Below, piece after piece: positions 19,717 to 29,209 of a DNA stretch of 64,000 nucleotides. Position 1 is the stretch's first letter. Each line of letters begins with the position of its first letter. A program made the translations under genes and the position numbers. The stretch is taken from positions 416,001 through 480,000 of the forward strand of contig CAVOKF010000004.1 in NCBI GenBank assembly GCA_963696385.1, read 5' to 3'. This DNA is from an uncultured delta proteobacterium (GTDB lineage Bacteria; Myxococcota_A; Polyangia; Polyangiales; Polyangiaceae). Below the pieces are notes generated by a model, which saw only the letters and a program-made list of their open reading frames with translations, was not told the origin of the DNA and searched no databases.

Positions 19717-21871
19717 ATGCCCCCTTCCCTCTCGAAGCAACGGTTCGTTCAGGATGCGCTGGGTGCCGCGCTGCTCGCAGGCGCCGCGCTCGCGGCCGGT
19801 TGTGCCAAGGGCGATTCAACGACGACGCCGGGCGACAACACGTTCGGTCCCCCCGGGTCGAGCGGAAGCACTTCGCAGACGAGCAGCAATCCCACGATCA
19901 GTGGCAGCGGTGGCAGCGGGGGAGTGGGCCTGACGGGCACCAGCGGCGGATGCGCGGCGACCAACTCGTGCACGGACTTCGCTCAGGCGTGCACCTTCGC
20001 AAACGATGCGGGCACCTGCAGCAGCGGAACCCAGTTGCCCCTCATCGAAGATGAGACGTGGCCCTCCGGCAGCACTCCGTCGGGGATTTTCGGAACCCCA
20101 GCCTCGACGGCCCAGGCAGGCGGGTCCGGAGGTCCGTGCGTGTACGAGCCGGCCCCGGGCGCCCTCTATCCCAACAACTGGCTTCGCCCGCGTTTCATCT
20201 GGACGGCGCCGGCCGGCCAAACTCTTTTCGAGCTGCGGTTCCATTCGACGAGCGAGTCGAGCGATTCTGCTCGTCTACACCGGCGCCACGAAGTGGACGA
20301 TGCCGAAGGCCCTATGGACGAGTCTGGCCTCCAACGTCCAGGGCGAGCCGATCACGGTCACCATCCGGGGCGCGGGGACGAGCGGATCGCCATCGGCCGG
20401 CAGTGGAACGAACTTCATTGTCGCTCCCGCGCCCGCGCAGGGCGCGATGGTGTTCTGGTCGACGGCGTCGTTCGTCACCGACGCCGCGACGACCAACCTT
20501 CAGGGGTTCCAGGTCGGCGATGAGAGCACGGAGGCCGTCCTCACACCCAATCAGGTCACGCAAACCGTATGGGCTCAGCCTCCGATTGGCGGGAACTTCC
20601 CAAGCCCAGCGGTGCCCGAAGCGGTCGGGTGCATTGGCTGTCACACGGCGACGCCGGACGGCAATTTCGTCGGATTCACGGCACAATGGCCATGGCCGAA
20701 CGCCATCGCGTCAGTCTCGGCGGACGCCGGGGCGGTCGGTCAGGTGCCGCCGTGGTCGACCGCGGGCGCTATTGCCAACCTCAGCCCCAACACGAACGAC
20801 GTGAACTACCTCGGCGGGAGCGAAGTCTCGGCCACGAACAATGTCGACAACGTGATGCTGGGGATCCAGACCTTCTCGAAGGGGCACTACAACTGCACTG
20901 CGCCGCCGGGCGACTGCATCGAAATCGCTTCCCTCGGCGCTTCGCTGGACGACCCCGAGAACGCCGCCGGCATGTACCTAGGGACTGAGCCGAGCGGGGT
21001 CGTCTCCCAGTTGGTATGGATCAACCTGCTGTGGGATGGCGCCGCGGACGCAGGGCGCCCGAGCGCGGCTCCGGGTGCGCCCAACAACGGAGGCTGGGGC
21101 ATCCTCGCCCGGACCGGCGACACCAACAGCGCCGGCGCGCCGAGCTGGAGCCACGATGGGATGAATGTCGCCTACACGTCGTCGGCTCAAGGCACGATGG
21201 ACGGCCGGCTCGACATGCCGATGGCCGGCACGACGGCCAGCGTGATGATCGTACCGTACAACGCGACCGCGACCCCGGGAGGCGCCGGCGGGACGGCGCG
21301 CAACCCTCTCGCGACGTCCTCCACGATGAGTTATTATTTCCCGTCGTTTTCGCCGGACGACGCCTTCCTCGCCTTCGACGGAGTCGCGGCGGGCGAAACG
21401 ATGTACGACGAGCCGCACGCCGAGATCTTCGTGGCGTCTGCCACCGGAACCGGCGCGACACCGACCCGCCTTGCGGCGAATGACCCCGCGATGTGCCTGA
21501 CCGGAGTCACGAGCCCCACCCCCGGGGTTCAGAATACGTGGCCCAAGTGGGCGCCCGCCCAAGCCGGCGGCGTGGCGGCCTCGAAGGATGGGAAAACGTA
21601 CTACTGGCTGACGTTTTCTTCGATTCGCATCAACGATCCGAACAGCCCCGCCTCCGTCGGCTCTTCGCAGATGAGCGGCGCGGGCGGACTGACCGGCAAA
21701 GTGCAGCTCTACATCGCCGGAGTCGCGGTCGACGCGAACGCCAACAACGCCATTACGACGTATCCGGCCGTTTATCTTTGGAATCAGGACCCCACGGTCA
21801 ACAACCTCATTCCCGCCTGGGACAACTTCGCGATTCCGGTGGCGACGGGGGTCGGGATGCCTCCCCGGTAA
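19717..21871 (+). CDS. TolB-like/PD40 beta-propeller lipoprotein; apparent +1 frameshift near 20265
   Basis: Lipobox LAAGC; YPNNWLRPRF; CIGCH; PSWSHDG, YFPSFSPDD and TWPKWAP. Removing one T near 20265 gives SESSDLLVYTGAT. Confidence 0.78.
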
Positions 21872-21972
21872 TCGCCCCGTGGAGAACGCTCGGGAGCGCG
21901 CGCGGAGAGCCCGTCCCCACGCCGCCTTCGAGTCAACCGCGCGGACCGCTCGCTTCGAGGGCGAGGCTCGTC

Positions 21973-23412
21973 TCAGTCGCCGGTGGGGGCCCAGCGAGAC
22001 CCCGAAGGGCGGATCGGCCGATGATCCGCGGCGATGGCGGCGACGACCGACAAGAGCACGCCGAACGCTGCGAACAGCAAGAACCACAGTCCGAACACCC
22101 AGGGGCCGTTCCGAAGGTGGCACTCGACCGCCATGTTGTGGTCGTTGATTTTGCCTGCGAAGAGGGCGGGCAGAAATACGCTGAAGAGAGGGTGGGTCTC
22201 CGATTCGGCGGGGATGGGGTTCGTGGCGGCCGCGGCGGCGTTCACGAAGATGCCGAGAGCCGCCGTCGCGTAGAAGGCCAGTCGCCGCCGCGGCCAACCC
22301 TCAGCGAGTTTGCCCGCCCCCTCGTAGACCAGAAGGGCGATGACCGGAGTCAGATGCCGAGGTCCAGTGCACCATCCGCCGTCCCACTTGAAGTAAGAGC
22401 ACACGAAAAAAAATTGCGTCGCGCACAGCGCCGCGATCAACATCCAGCGGCGTCGCTCCGCGGCGTAATGGGCGGGTGGCCGGCGAAAGGCGAGCGGGGC
22501 CAGCACCGCGAGGGTCGGCGCGTAGAACAACAGACCGCGGTACTGACCGAAGAGGAGCTCCCACGCCGCCTCCGGCGAGGGTCCGCGGATGCCGAACGCA
22601 GTGTGCATGGCCTTCCAGACTTCCGGCACATGCGAGTACGGGAAGTCGAACGGATGGCCCGTCACCGCGAAGTTGTAAGCAAGCATGGCCACGGCGGGCA
22701 ACGTCGCGCCCGCGAGGTAGGCGGCGGCGCCTCGCCAACGGGAGCCACGTTGCCCCAGAAGCCAGAGTGCCAGGACAAAATTGGCCAGCACCAGCGGATA
22801 CTCGGTGACGACGGCACAGCCCCCGAAAAGTCCCGCGAGGGCGCAGCGCCCCTTGTCGACCGCAAGGAGATAAGCGGCCAAAAAGAGTACGGCCGCAAGC
22901 ATGTGACCGTAATAGATATTTCCGTAATTGAATAGGCAGGTAGAAAATGCCGCGGCCCATGCGATTCGCGACGCCACGGGCGCACGGACGCGACGGGCCG
23001 CGTGGCGAAAGACGAGGACATTGAAAAGCGCAAACGGCACCGCCGCCACCACGAGGTCGCCCAGAACCGCCGCCACGTTCTCGTAGACCGCCGGCGGATC
23101 GCGTCGATGCCCGGCGCGCCATGCCGCGTAGAACGGCAGCACGAGGAAGCTCGAGAGAGGCGCCTTGTCGCTATAGACATGGCCCCCGACGATCGCCTTA
23201 TCGACCGTCTCGCCGCCCCATCGGTCGGCCCGGAGACGCCCATCGTCCACGAGGGCGAACACCGTCAATAAACGCGACATGGGGTTGGCGCTCACGCCCT
23301 GATGAAAAAACATCACCAAGAACAGGCATCCTGCGAACAGAAGCACCGACGGCAGGAGGCGCCGACCTCGGGCGGCCGCTGCGCGCCCGATTGTGGGAAG
23401 ACGGAAAGGCAA
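21973..23412 (-). CDS. Multi-pass membrane protein, GT-C-like glycosyltransferase candidate
   Basis: NPMSR, YSDKAP and WDGGWCTGPRHL loops between many TM segments. Start codon (TTG) uncertain. Confidence 0.7.
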   Translation of the reverse strand: MPFRLPTIGRAAAARGRRLLPSVLLFAGCLFLVMFFHQGVSANPMSRLLTVFALVDDGRLRADRWGGETVDKAIVGGHVYSDKAPLSSFLVLPFYAAWRAGHRRDPPAVYENVAAVLGDLVVAAVPFALFNVLVFRHAARRVRAPVASRIAWAAAFSTCLFNYGNIYYGHMLAAVLFLAAYLLAVDKGRCALAGLFGGCAVVTEYPLVLANFVLALWLLGQRGSRWRGAAAYLAGATLPAVAMLAYNFAVTGHPFDFPYSHVPEVWKAMHTAFGIRGPSPEAAWELLFGQYRGLLFYAPTLAVLAPLAFRRPPAHYAAERRRWMLIAALCATQFFFVCSYFKWDGGWCTGPRHLTPVIALLVYEGAGKLAEGWPRRRLAFYATAALGIFVNAAAAATNPIPAESETHPLFSVFLPALFAGKINDHNMAVECHLRNGPWVFGLWFLLFAAFGVLLSVVAAIAADHRPIRPSGSRWAPTGD

Positions 23413-23531
23413 GGGCGGCGAAGGCTACCATGCGCTCTCCCCGGGCTCGGGCGACAAGGAACGAGACGGCGGGCGCGACCCCCCGTACGATGCGCTCGGC
23501 GGATTTGCCGCACACGGATGCCACTGTTCGA

Positions 23532-24446
23532 ATGGATTGTCGAATACTCGATGCGTCCCACACGCTCGCGGCCGGTGAGCTCCAGGCCCTGGTGTCGCCG
23601 GACAAGGGCATGCTCGTGGCCTCGCTTCGTCACCGGGGAGCCGAGCTCTTGCGGCGCGTGGAAGACCTCGACGCTGCCGCGGCCGCGGGGAAGACGGCGG
23701 CGATTCCGATCTTGTATCCCTGGGCAAACCGCCTCTCGGGGATGCGCTACACGGCCGCAGGGCGCGCGGTCGTGCTCGACCCGGCGTCGCCTCTTCTGCA
23801 CTGGGACCGTGGCGGCCTGCCCATGCACGGGGTCCCCTGGTCTCGGCTCGCCTGGCAGGTTCTCGACGCGAGGCCCGAGCGCATCACGGCCCGGCTGCAC
23901 TGGACGTGCCCAGAGCGTTTGGCGGTATTTCCTTTTCCCCATCGCGTCGATCTCGCCGTTGCCTTGCGCTCCGACGGCCTGACCTTGGAGACCACGGTCT
24001 GGGGGAGTTCCGAAGGACCGGTCCCGGTGAGCTTCGGCTTCCACCCCTTCCTGGGGTTGCCGGGACTCGGTCGGGCCGACTGGAAACTGACCCTGCCGGC
24101 GATGCGCCGACTGACGCTCGATTCGCGCGGAATCCCGACGGGGGTCGAAGAGCCCTTTGCCGGCTTCGACGCCTCCCTCGGCGAGGTCGATTTCGACGAT
24201 GGTTTCGCGCTACAGGGGCAACCAGCCGCGCTGTCCATCGACGGCGCGGGTCGACGGATCACCGTGGATTTCTTGGAGGGCTTCCCTTACACGCAGGTCT
24301 TTGCTCCTAAGGAAATGGAATTCATCGCCCTCGAGCCGATGACCGCGCCAACCGATGCGCTCACGACCGGTCGCGGCCTGCGCCTCGTGCAGCCCGGGCA
24401 GCTTCTGCGAACGGTCTTCCGAATTCGCGTCGACGACACGCGTTAG
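23532..24446 (+). CDS. Aldose 1-epimerase family protein
   Basis: PILYPWANR, MHG, FGFHP, DFDDGF and FIALEPMTAP motifs. Confidence 0.9.
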   Translation: MDCRILDASHTLAAGELQALVSPDKGMLVASLRHRGAELLRRVEDLDAAAAAGKTAAIPILYPWANRLSGMRYTAAGRAVVLDPASPLLHWDRGGLPMHGVPWSRLAWQVLDARPERITARLHWTCPERLAVFPFPHRVDLAVALRSDGLTLETTVWGSSEGPVPVSFGFHPFLGLPGLGRADWKLTLPAMRRLTLDSRGIPTGVEEPFAGFDASLGEVDFDDGFALQGQPAALSIDGAGRRITVDFLEGFPYTQVFAPKEMEFIALEPMTAPTDALTTGRGLRLVQPGQLLRTVFRIRVDDTR

Positions 24447-24565
24447 GAGGCGCGGTGGCGCCCGGATCGCCCACAGCCGAGCGCGCATGCGCGAAAGCGC
24501 GAGTCCCGGAAGCCGCGCCCGTTCGCAGGTTGCCACCCGCAACCCGGGTGCTAGCGTCCGGGAGG

Positions 24566-25201
24566 ATGAGGTGGGCGGCCGTTGGATGCCTCTGCGTGCC
24601 GCTGCTGGCGGTTGCGTCGAGGGTCGATGCGCTCGAAGGCGACGGCACCTCGGCCGGATGGTTCGGCGCGTTCCACCCCGAAGTGGCTGCGCGATTGACG
24701 TACAGCCCGCTCAGCAACGTGCGTGGCTCCTTGCCCTTGGCGGGCGACGGCTTTGGCGCACGGGCAGGCCTCTCGTATCTCGGCCTTTACGGCGGCTTGT
24801 CATACATGGGCTATTTTTCCCACGGCGGCTGCTTGGACACGGCGGACCAGACCTGTGGATCGTCGTGGGGGCGCTCTTTCGGTTTCGAAGGGGGTTACGG
24901 TCGGACTTTTTTTCGGATTCTGACGGTTCGCGGCCAAATCGGCATCGGCGACTATCTCACGACGGCCGAAGCGACGGGTTCCTGCCCCGGCATGACCTGT
25001 TCGACGGGCACGTTGAGCCCGCCGCCCTCCGCGAGCCATGGCATGTACGTGCAACCGGAAGTGCTGGTGGCGCTGACGCCAGGTCCCTTCGTCATCGGTA
25101 CCGACGCAAGCGTCCTCTACATGCCGAGCGCCATCGGATCGGGCGCAGCAGGGTCGTTCGCCGCGTTCATGCTGGGTCTGCAATGGGGCGTGAGGCTGTA
25201 G
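24566..25201 (+). CDS. Hypothetical outer-membrane beta-barrel-like protein
   Basis: Signal peptide MRWAAVGCLCVPLLAVASRVDA; alternating beta pattern ending MLGLQWGVRL. Confidence 0.7.
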   Translation: MRWAAVGCLCVPLLAVASRVDALEGDGTSAGWFGAFHPEVAARLTYSPLSNVRGSLPLAGDGFGARAGLSYLGLYGGLSYMGYFSHGGCLDTADQTCGSSWGRSFGFEGGYGRTFFRILTVRGQIGIGDYLTTAEATGSCPGMTCSTGTLSPPPSASHGMYVQPEVLVALTPGPFVIGTDASVLYMPSAIGSGAAGSFAAFMLGLQWGVRL

Positions 25202-25247
25202 GGTCGCGATCGCAGCGTGAGCGTTTCCCCGAAGCGCGCGATCGGCC

Positions 25248-28200
25248 TCATTCGCGATCGAAACCGGTGACGAGAGGGCCGTAGATTTCGAGCCACCGCT
25301 CGTAGGACTTGAGCGAAGGCTCCCGGCGCGCCGCCAACTCCGCGGCCGCCGCCTCGATCCGCTTCGGCAAATTCACAACGAGCGGACCCCCCACGGAGAC
25401 CGTGAGTTCCGCGGTCAGCCACAGCACATCGAGTTGCTCCTTGTCGCTCACTCCATGGGCTCTGGCGTGAAGGTCGTCCGCTCGCGCCAGCGCCCGACCG
25501 AGCCAATTCCGGGTGGCCGCCGCGTCGTGACGCTCGCTCGCATTCAGGGCAAGCTGCGCCTCGGCCAGCATCTCCTCGCGCTCGATCTCCACCCGATTCG
25601 TCTCCCTCAGCTGCTGCTCGAGGATCGCGTGCCGCTGGCCGATGGCTTGCGCTGCCGCGTCCAAGCGGCCAAGCTCTCGGTTCGCCTTGGCCCGCAAGCC
25701 GCTCGCAATGAGTCGGTACGCGCGAACGACCTGGTCGGGGGTCGCATGCGGCCACTGGAGCGTCGCGACCGTCCTCGGGTCGCCCAGGCGCTTGTTCACG
25801 TCATCGAGATCGGCGAGCGCGCGAGAGGGCTTGTTGGCGCCGACCGCAGACGCCGCGCGCGAGAAGCGCGCCACCACCCGATTGCGCGCGGCCATCGGGG
25901 CGCGCGACGCGTCGAGCAGCGGGATTTCCTCATCGTAAAGTGCGAGGGCGCGTGCGAAGTGCTCCGCTGCGAGGTGGTCTACCGCGGCCCAGTCGAGAGC
26001 CAGGAGACGGTAAGGGGCGAGCGCCCGTTTGCGGGCGATCATGGCGAGCGCGGCGTCGCCGGCGGCGGCCGCCTCCGCGTCGCGCCCGACGTGCAACAAC
26101 GCCTGCGCCTTCGACAAGAGGACGTCCAGTCCCTCGGGGTTGTCGGTGTAGGGCAGCTCGTCGCGTTCGAGCAGGTAGGCGAGGGCGATCCGGTAGTTTC
26201 CGACGTCCGTGTGCAATAGACCGAGTTCGCCGAGAATCATCGCTCGCAAGCGCGCGTTGTCGGCCACGAGCTCGAGCGCGATGAGGTAGTGCGCGTTGGC
26301 CCCCTCGGCCGCCCCGAGGTCCCCGGTGTGCAGGTATTGCTCGTGCAGGAGCGCGCCGAACAGCGCCTGAGCCATCCGCTCTTGCTTGAGATCCGACCAG
26401 GAAGCGTCGAGCGCCGCCAGTGCAGCGGCCGAAGCCTTGGCGTGGGCCTCTCCGTTGAGCGTCTGCAGATGCCGTGCGATGAGATACGCCTTGGCGAAGT
26501 GCGCGCGCGCCGGTAGGACTGCGCGTGGGTCGTACCGGGCCTCGATCGCGCCCGGTGGGTCCCCCAACTTCAAGCGCATGTCGATCGCTCCGACGTCCGC
26601 CTCGAGCGAGCCGGTCTGCTCGGCGACCGCATCGAAGTCATCCCGTGCGTCGCCGTAGCGCTTCGCGGCCACACGCTCGTAGGCTCGCGCGAGAATCAGG
26701 CGCTCGTAGACGTCTTCGGTCTCTCCTCGCTCGTGCGTCCCTCGCTTCACGTCACGGATGTCGCGCTGTACCAGGGCGTCAAGCACGTCGTCCGCGTCCA
26801 CGTCGTCCGCCCGCTGCACCGCATCGACGATGAGCGCCCGCCGGCGACCCGGGCGGGTCTGCGCCGCGTAGAGCGCGAGCAACGCATCGCCCACCGCCTG
26901 GGGCGCGTGGGAGTCGCGGATGGCCAGCACGTCGCGTGCCAGGTCGATCGCGAAAACCCACTCCCCCTCGAGGGGGGTCGCGCCGGCTCGCTCGCGCACG
27001 AGTCGAGCGTCGGCCTCCCCGTAAGCGAGCCCGCGCACCATGGCGCGCACGGCGGCTCGCGCGTAGCGGAGCTGGTCATCGGGTCTCAACGCCCCATTGG
27101 CCGACAGCTTCCGGCACGCTGCGATGAGCGCCTCGCGATCGTCGACCTGTCGGTAGAACGCGTCGACTTGCTGGTAGTACGCTTCGACGATGGGGGCGGG
27201 CGTCGTTTCGTCGACCGTGACCGCCTCGAGCTCGTGCCGCGCCTTCGCCTTTTCACCGATCGAGTCGAAGATCTCACTTCGCGCCAGGTGTGTGAGGTCC
27301 TCGGCCATCGGGCTCTCGGCCGCGTCCGCGTGCAGCCGGTCGAGCCGCGCCTGAGCCTCGACGCGAAACCCCTCCATCATGCGTCCCTGCTCGCGGCGGC
27401 GCTCGGCCTGCCGCTCGGCCACGAGCATTCGCAAAGGCAACGAAATCCCCGCCGTCGCCTCGTCGCGCAGCGTGTCCACCTGCTCCGCGTAATACTGGGC
27501 GGCGGGAAATTCTTCGCGCTCGAGGTGCACCAGCACGAGCGCGAGCATCGCGCGTCGCCGGCCGGCGGCGCTCGTCTCGCGCGAGAGGCGCAGGCTCGAA
27601 AGCATCTGCTCTTCGACGAGCGTATCCGCGTCGTCGATGGCGTTCACGAGCATCGGCATTGTCCAGGAGGCGGGGACCTCGCCGTCCAGGGGCAACGAGT
27701 AAACGTCGAGGCTTGCGTCCCGTGAACACGTCGCGATCAGGCGATCGACGAACGGTGCAGGGTACTCGCAATTCCACGACGTCTCGGTGAGCTGCTCGGG
27801 GGAACCGACGACCGGCGTGCCCGTAGCAAACGAAATCGGTACTCGGAAGAGGACGCCGTGGTCGCTTGCGTCGACCGTTCCGTCGCGATTGGTGTCGGTA
27901 AAGAACTGGACCACGTACAGCGAGCGGCCGTCCTTGGCGAAGACGGGCTGGCCCGTCTGTCCTGGGAGCGCCAAGACGAGGGCGGTCGGCTGGGCCGTTG
28001 CGGCCGATGCGAGCGGGACCGCTTCGATGGCCTGGGCCGCATGGGCGGCGAACGCCGGGCCCACAGCCCGCACCGTCCTCGCGACCGGGACGTACACGAG
28101 CCAGCGCCCGTCGGGCGAGATGGCTGGGCTCGTCAGGTTGCGATCGAGCAGCGGCCGCGCCGAGAGGGTCGAGCCCATCGTGACTTCCAGGACGCGCAGG

Positions 28201-28670
28201 TCCCCCTGGATCGACTGCCGGCTGACGAGCGCGATCCGGTCCCGATCGATCCATTCGGCCTGTAGCGCGGCGGCCGGGTCCTGGAGGCACGTGCGCCCGT
28301 CGCCCTGCGGGAGGCGACGGACGCACAGCTGTCCCGAGGCACTCTCGCCGAACGAGATGTACAGCAGTGACCTCCCATCCGGGCTCACCCGCGGCCATGT
28401 GACGTCCGCGCCGTCGTCGAAGAGCTGCCGCGCGCGCCCGTCGGCCACGCTCTGCGCGAAGATTTGTTGGGTCGTGTCGCGGTTCGACACGAAGTAGAGC
28501 GTCTTGCCGTCCGGCCCGAGCTGACCCAGCAGATCGTCGGCCACGTCCACAGTCAGGCGCTCGGGCGTCACGAGATCGTCGTCGTCCACGTTGTCGGCCG
28601 ACGCACGCCCTGCGACGAGGGACGCGGTCAGCGCGAGGGCGGCGGCCGTCAGGGCTCGCGGCTTCAGCAC
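25248..28670 (-). CDS. Exported TolB-like (PD40) beta-propeller + TPR-like helical protein
   Basis: GTG 28670 overlaps the upstream gene end; signal peptide; PDGKTLYFVSNRD, WPRVSPDG, PAISPDG; long alpha-helical C-terminal region. Confidence 0.8.
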   Translation of the reverse strand: MLKPRALTAAALALTASLVAGRASADNVDDDDLVTPERLTVDVADDLLGQLGPDGKTLYFVSNRDTTQQIFAQSVADGRARQLFDDGADVTWPRVSPDGRSLLYISFGESASGQLCVRRLPQGDGRTCLQDPAAALQAEWIDRDRIALVSRQSIQGDLRVLEVTMGSTLSARPLLDRNLTSPAISPDGRWLVYVPVARTVRAVGPAFAAHAAQAIEAVPLASAATAQPTALVLALPGQTGQPVFAKDGRSLYVVQFFTDTNRDGTVDASDHGVLFRVPISFATGTPVVGSPEQLTETSWNCEYPAPFVDRLIATCSRDASLDVYSLPLDGEVPASWTMPMLVNAIDDADTLVEEQMLSSLRLSRETSAAGRRRAMLALVLVHLEREEFPAAQYYAEQVDTLRDEATAGISLPLRMLVAERQAERRREQGRMMEGFRVEAQARLDRLHADAAESPMAEDLTHLARSEIFDSIGEKAKARHELEAVTVDETTPAPIVEAYYQQVDAFYRQVDDREALIAACRKLSANGALRPDDQLRYARAAVRAMVRGLAYGEADARLVRERAGATPLEGEWVFAIDLARDVLAIRDSHAPQAVGDALLALYAAQTRPGRRRALIVDAVQRADDVDADDVLDALVQRDIRDVKRGTHERGETEDVYERLILARAYERVAAKRYGDARDDFDAVAEQTGSLEADVGAIDMRLKLGDPPGAIEARYDPRAVLPARAHFAKAYLIARHLQTLNGEAHAKASAAALAALDASWSDLKQERMAQALFGALLHEQYLHTGDLGAAEGANAHYLIALELVADNARLRAMILGELGLLHTDVGNYRIALAYLLERDELPYTDNPEGLDVLLSKAQALLHVGRDAEAAAAGDAALAMIARKRALAPYRLLALDWAAVDHLAAEHFARALALYDEEIPLLDASRAPMAARNRVVARFSRAASAVGANKPSRALADLDDVNKRLGDPRTVATLQWPHATPDQVVRAYRLIASGLRAKANRELGRLDAAAQAIGQRHAILEQQLRETNRVEIEREEMLAEAQLALNASERHDAAATRNWLGRALARADDLHARAHGVSDKEQLDVLWLTAELTVSVGGPLVVNLPKRIEAAAAELAARREPSLKSYERWLEIYGPLVTGFDRE

Positions 28671-29209
28671 GACTTTTCTTGCCACCTTCCGTCTTGCCCT
28701 TGGACCCATCCGCCGCAGACCACGTTTTTCACGTGTCCGTCGCGCCACGCGCGCTCCAGCGCCCCTTCCCCGACGTCGGTGCGCTGCTCGTGCATCCACC
28801 GCCAAAGCTGGCGCCGTGCGCGGTTCACCCGCTCGAGCAGGGTCTGAGCCTCCTCGGCGTCGGCGGCCCCTTTGCACGCGTCGCGCGTTTCGACAATCAG
28901 CCCGTCCTTGCCCTCGCCGACGCAATGCTGCGCCAGCAGCCCGTCGAGCCGATCGGCATCGGTGAGATCGCTCTCGTCGACGAGCGGCGCCGGTCGAATG
29001 CCGAGCGCGGCGAGCTGGTCGGAGGTCAGCGGCACCGGACGCGGCTCGATCGCCGCGCGATCCAGCTCGAGTTCGAGATCGTCGAACGAGCCCGAGGCCT
29101 GCTGCTCGAGGGCCGTCGCTCGATCGACCATCACGATCTCGGGCGGTTTGAAGCACCCGGTGAGTCCGGACAGGGCGACAATCACGGCGATGACGAGGAC
29201 TCGATTCAT
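28664..29209 (-). CDS. DUF1318 (YdbL-like) lipoprotein
   Basis: Lipobox LTGC; VGEGKDGL...VNRARR...GGWVQGQDGRWQEK pattern of DUF1318. ATGA overlap with the upstream gene. Confidence 0.75.
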   Translation of the reverse strand: MNRVLVIAVIVALSGLTGCFKPPEIVMVDRATALEQQASGSFDDLELELDRAAIEPRPVPLTSDQLAALGIRPAPLVDESDLTDADRLDGLLAQHCVGEGKDGLIVETRDACKGAADAEEAQTLLERVNRARRQLWRWMHEQRTDVGEGALERAWRDGHVKNVVCGGWVQGQDGRWQEKSC

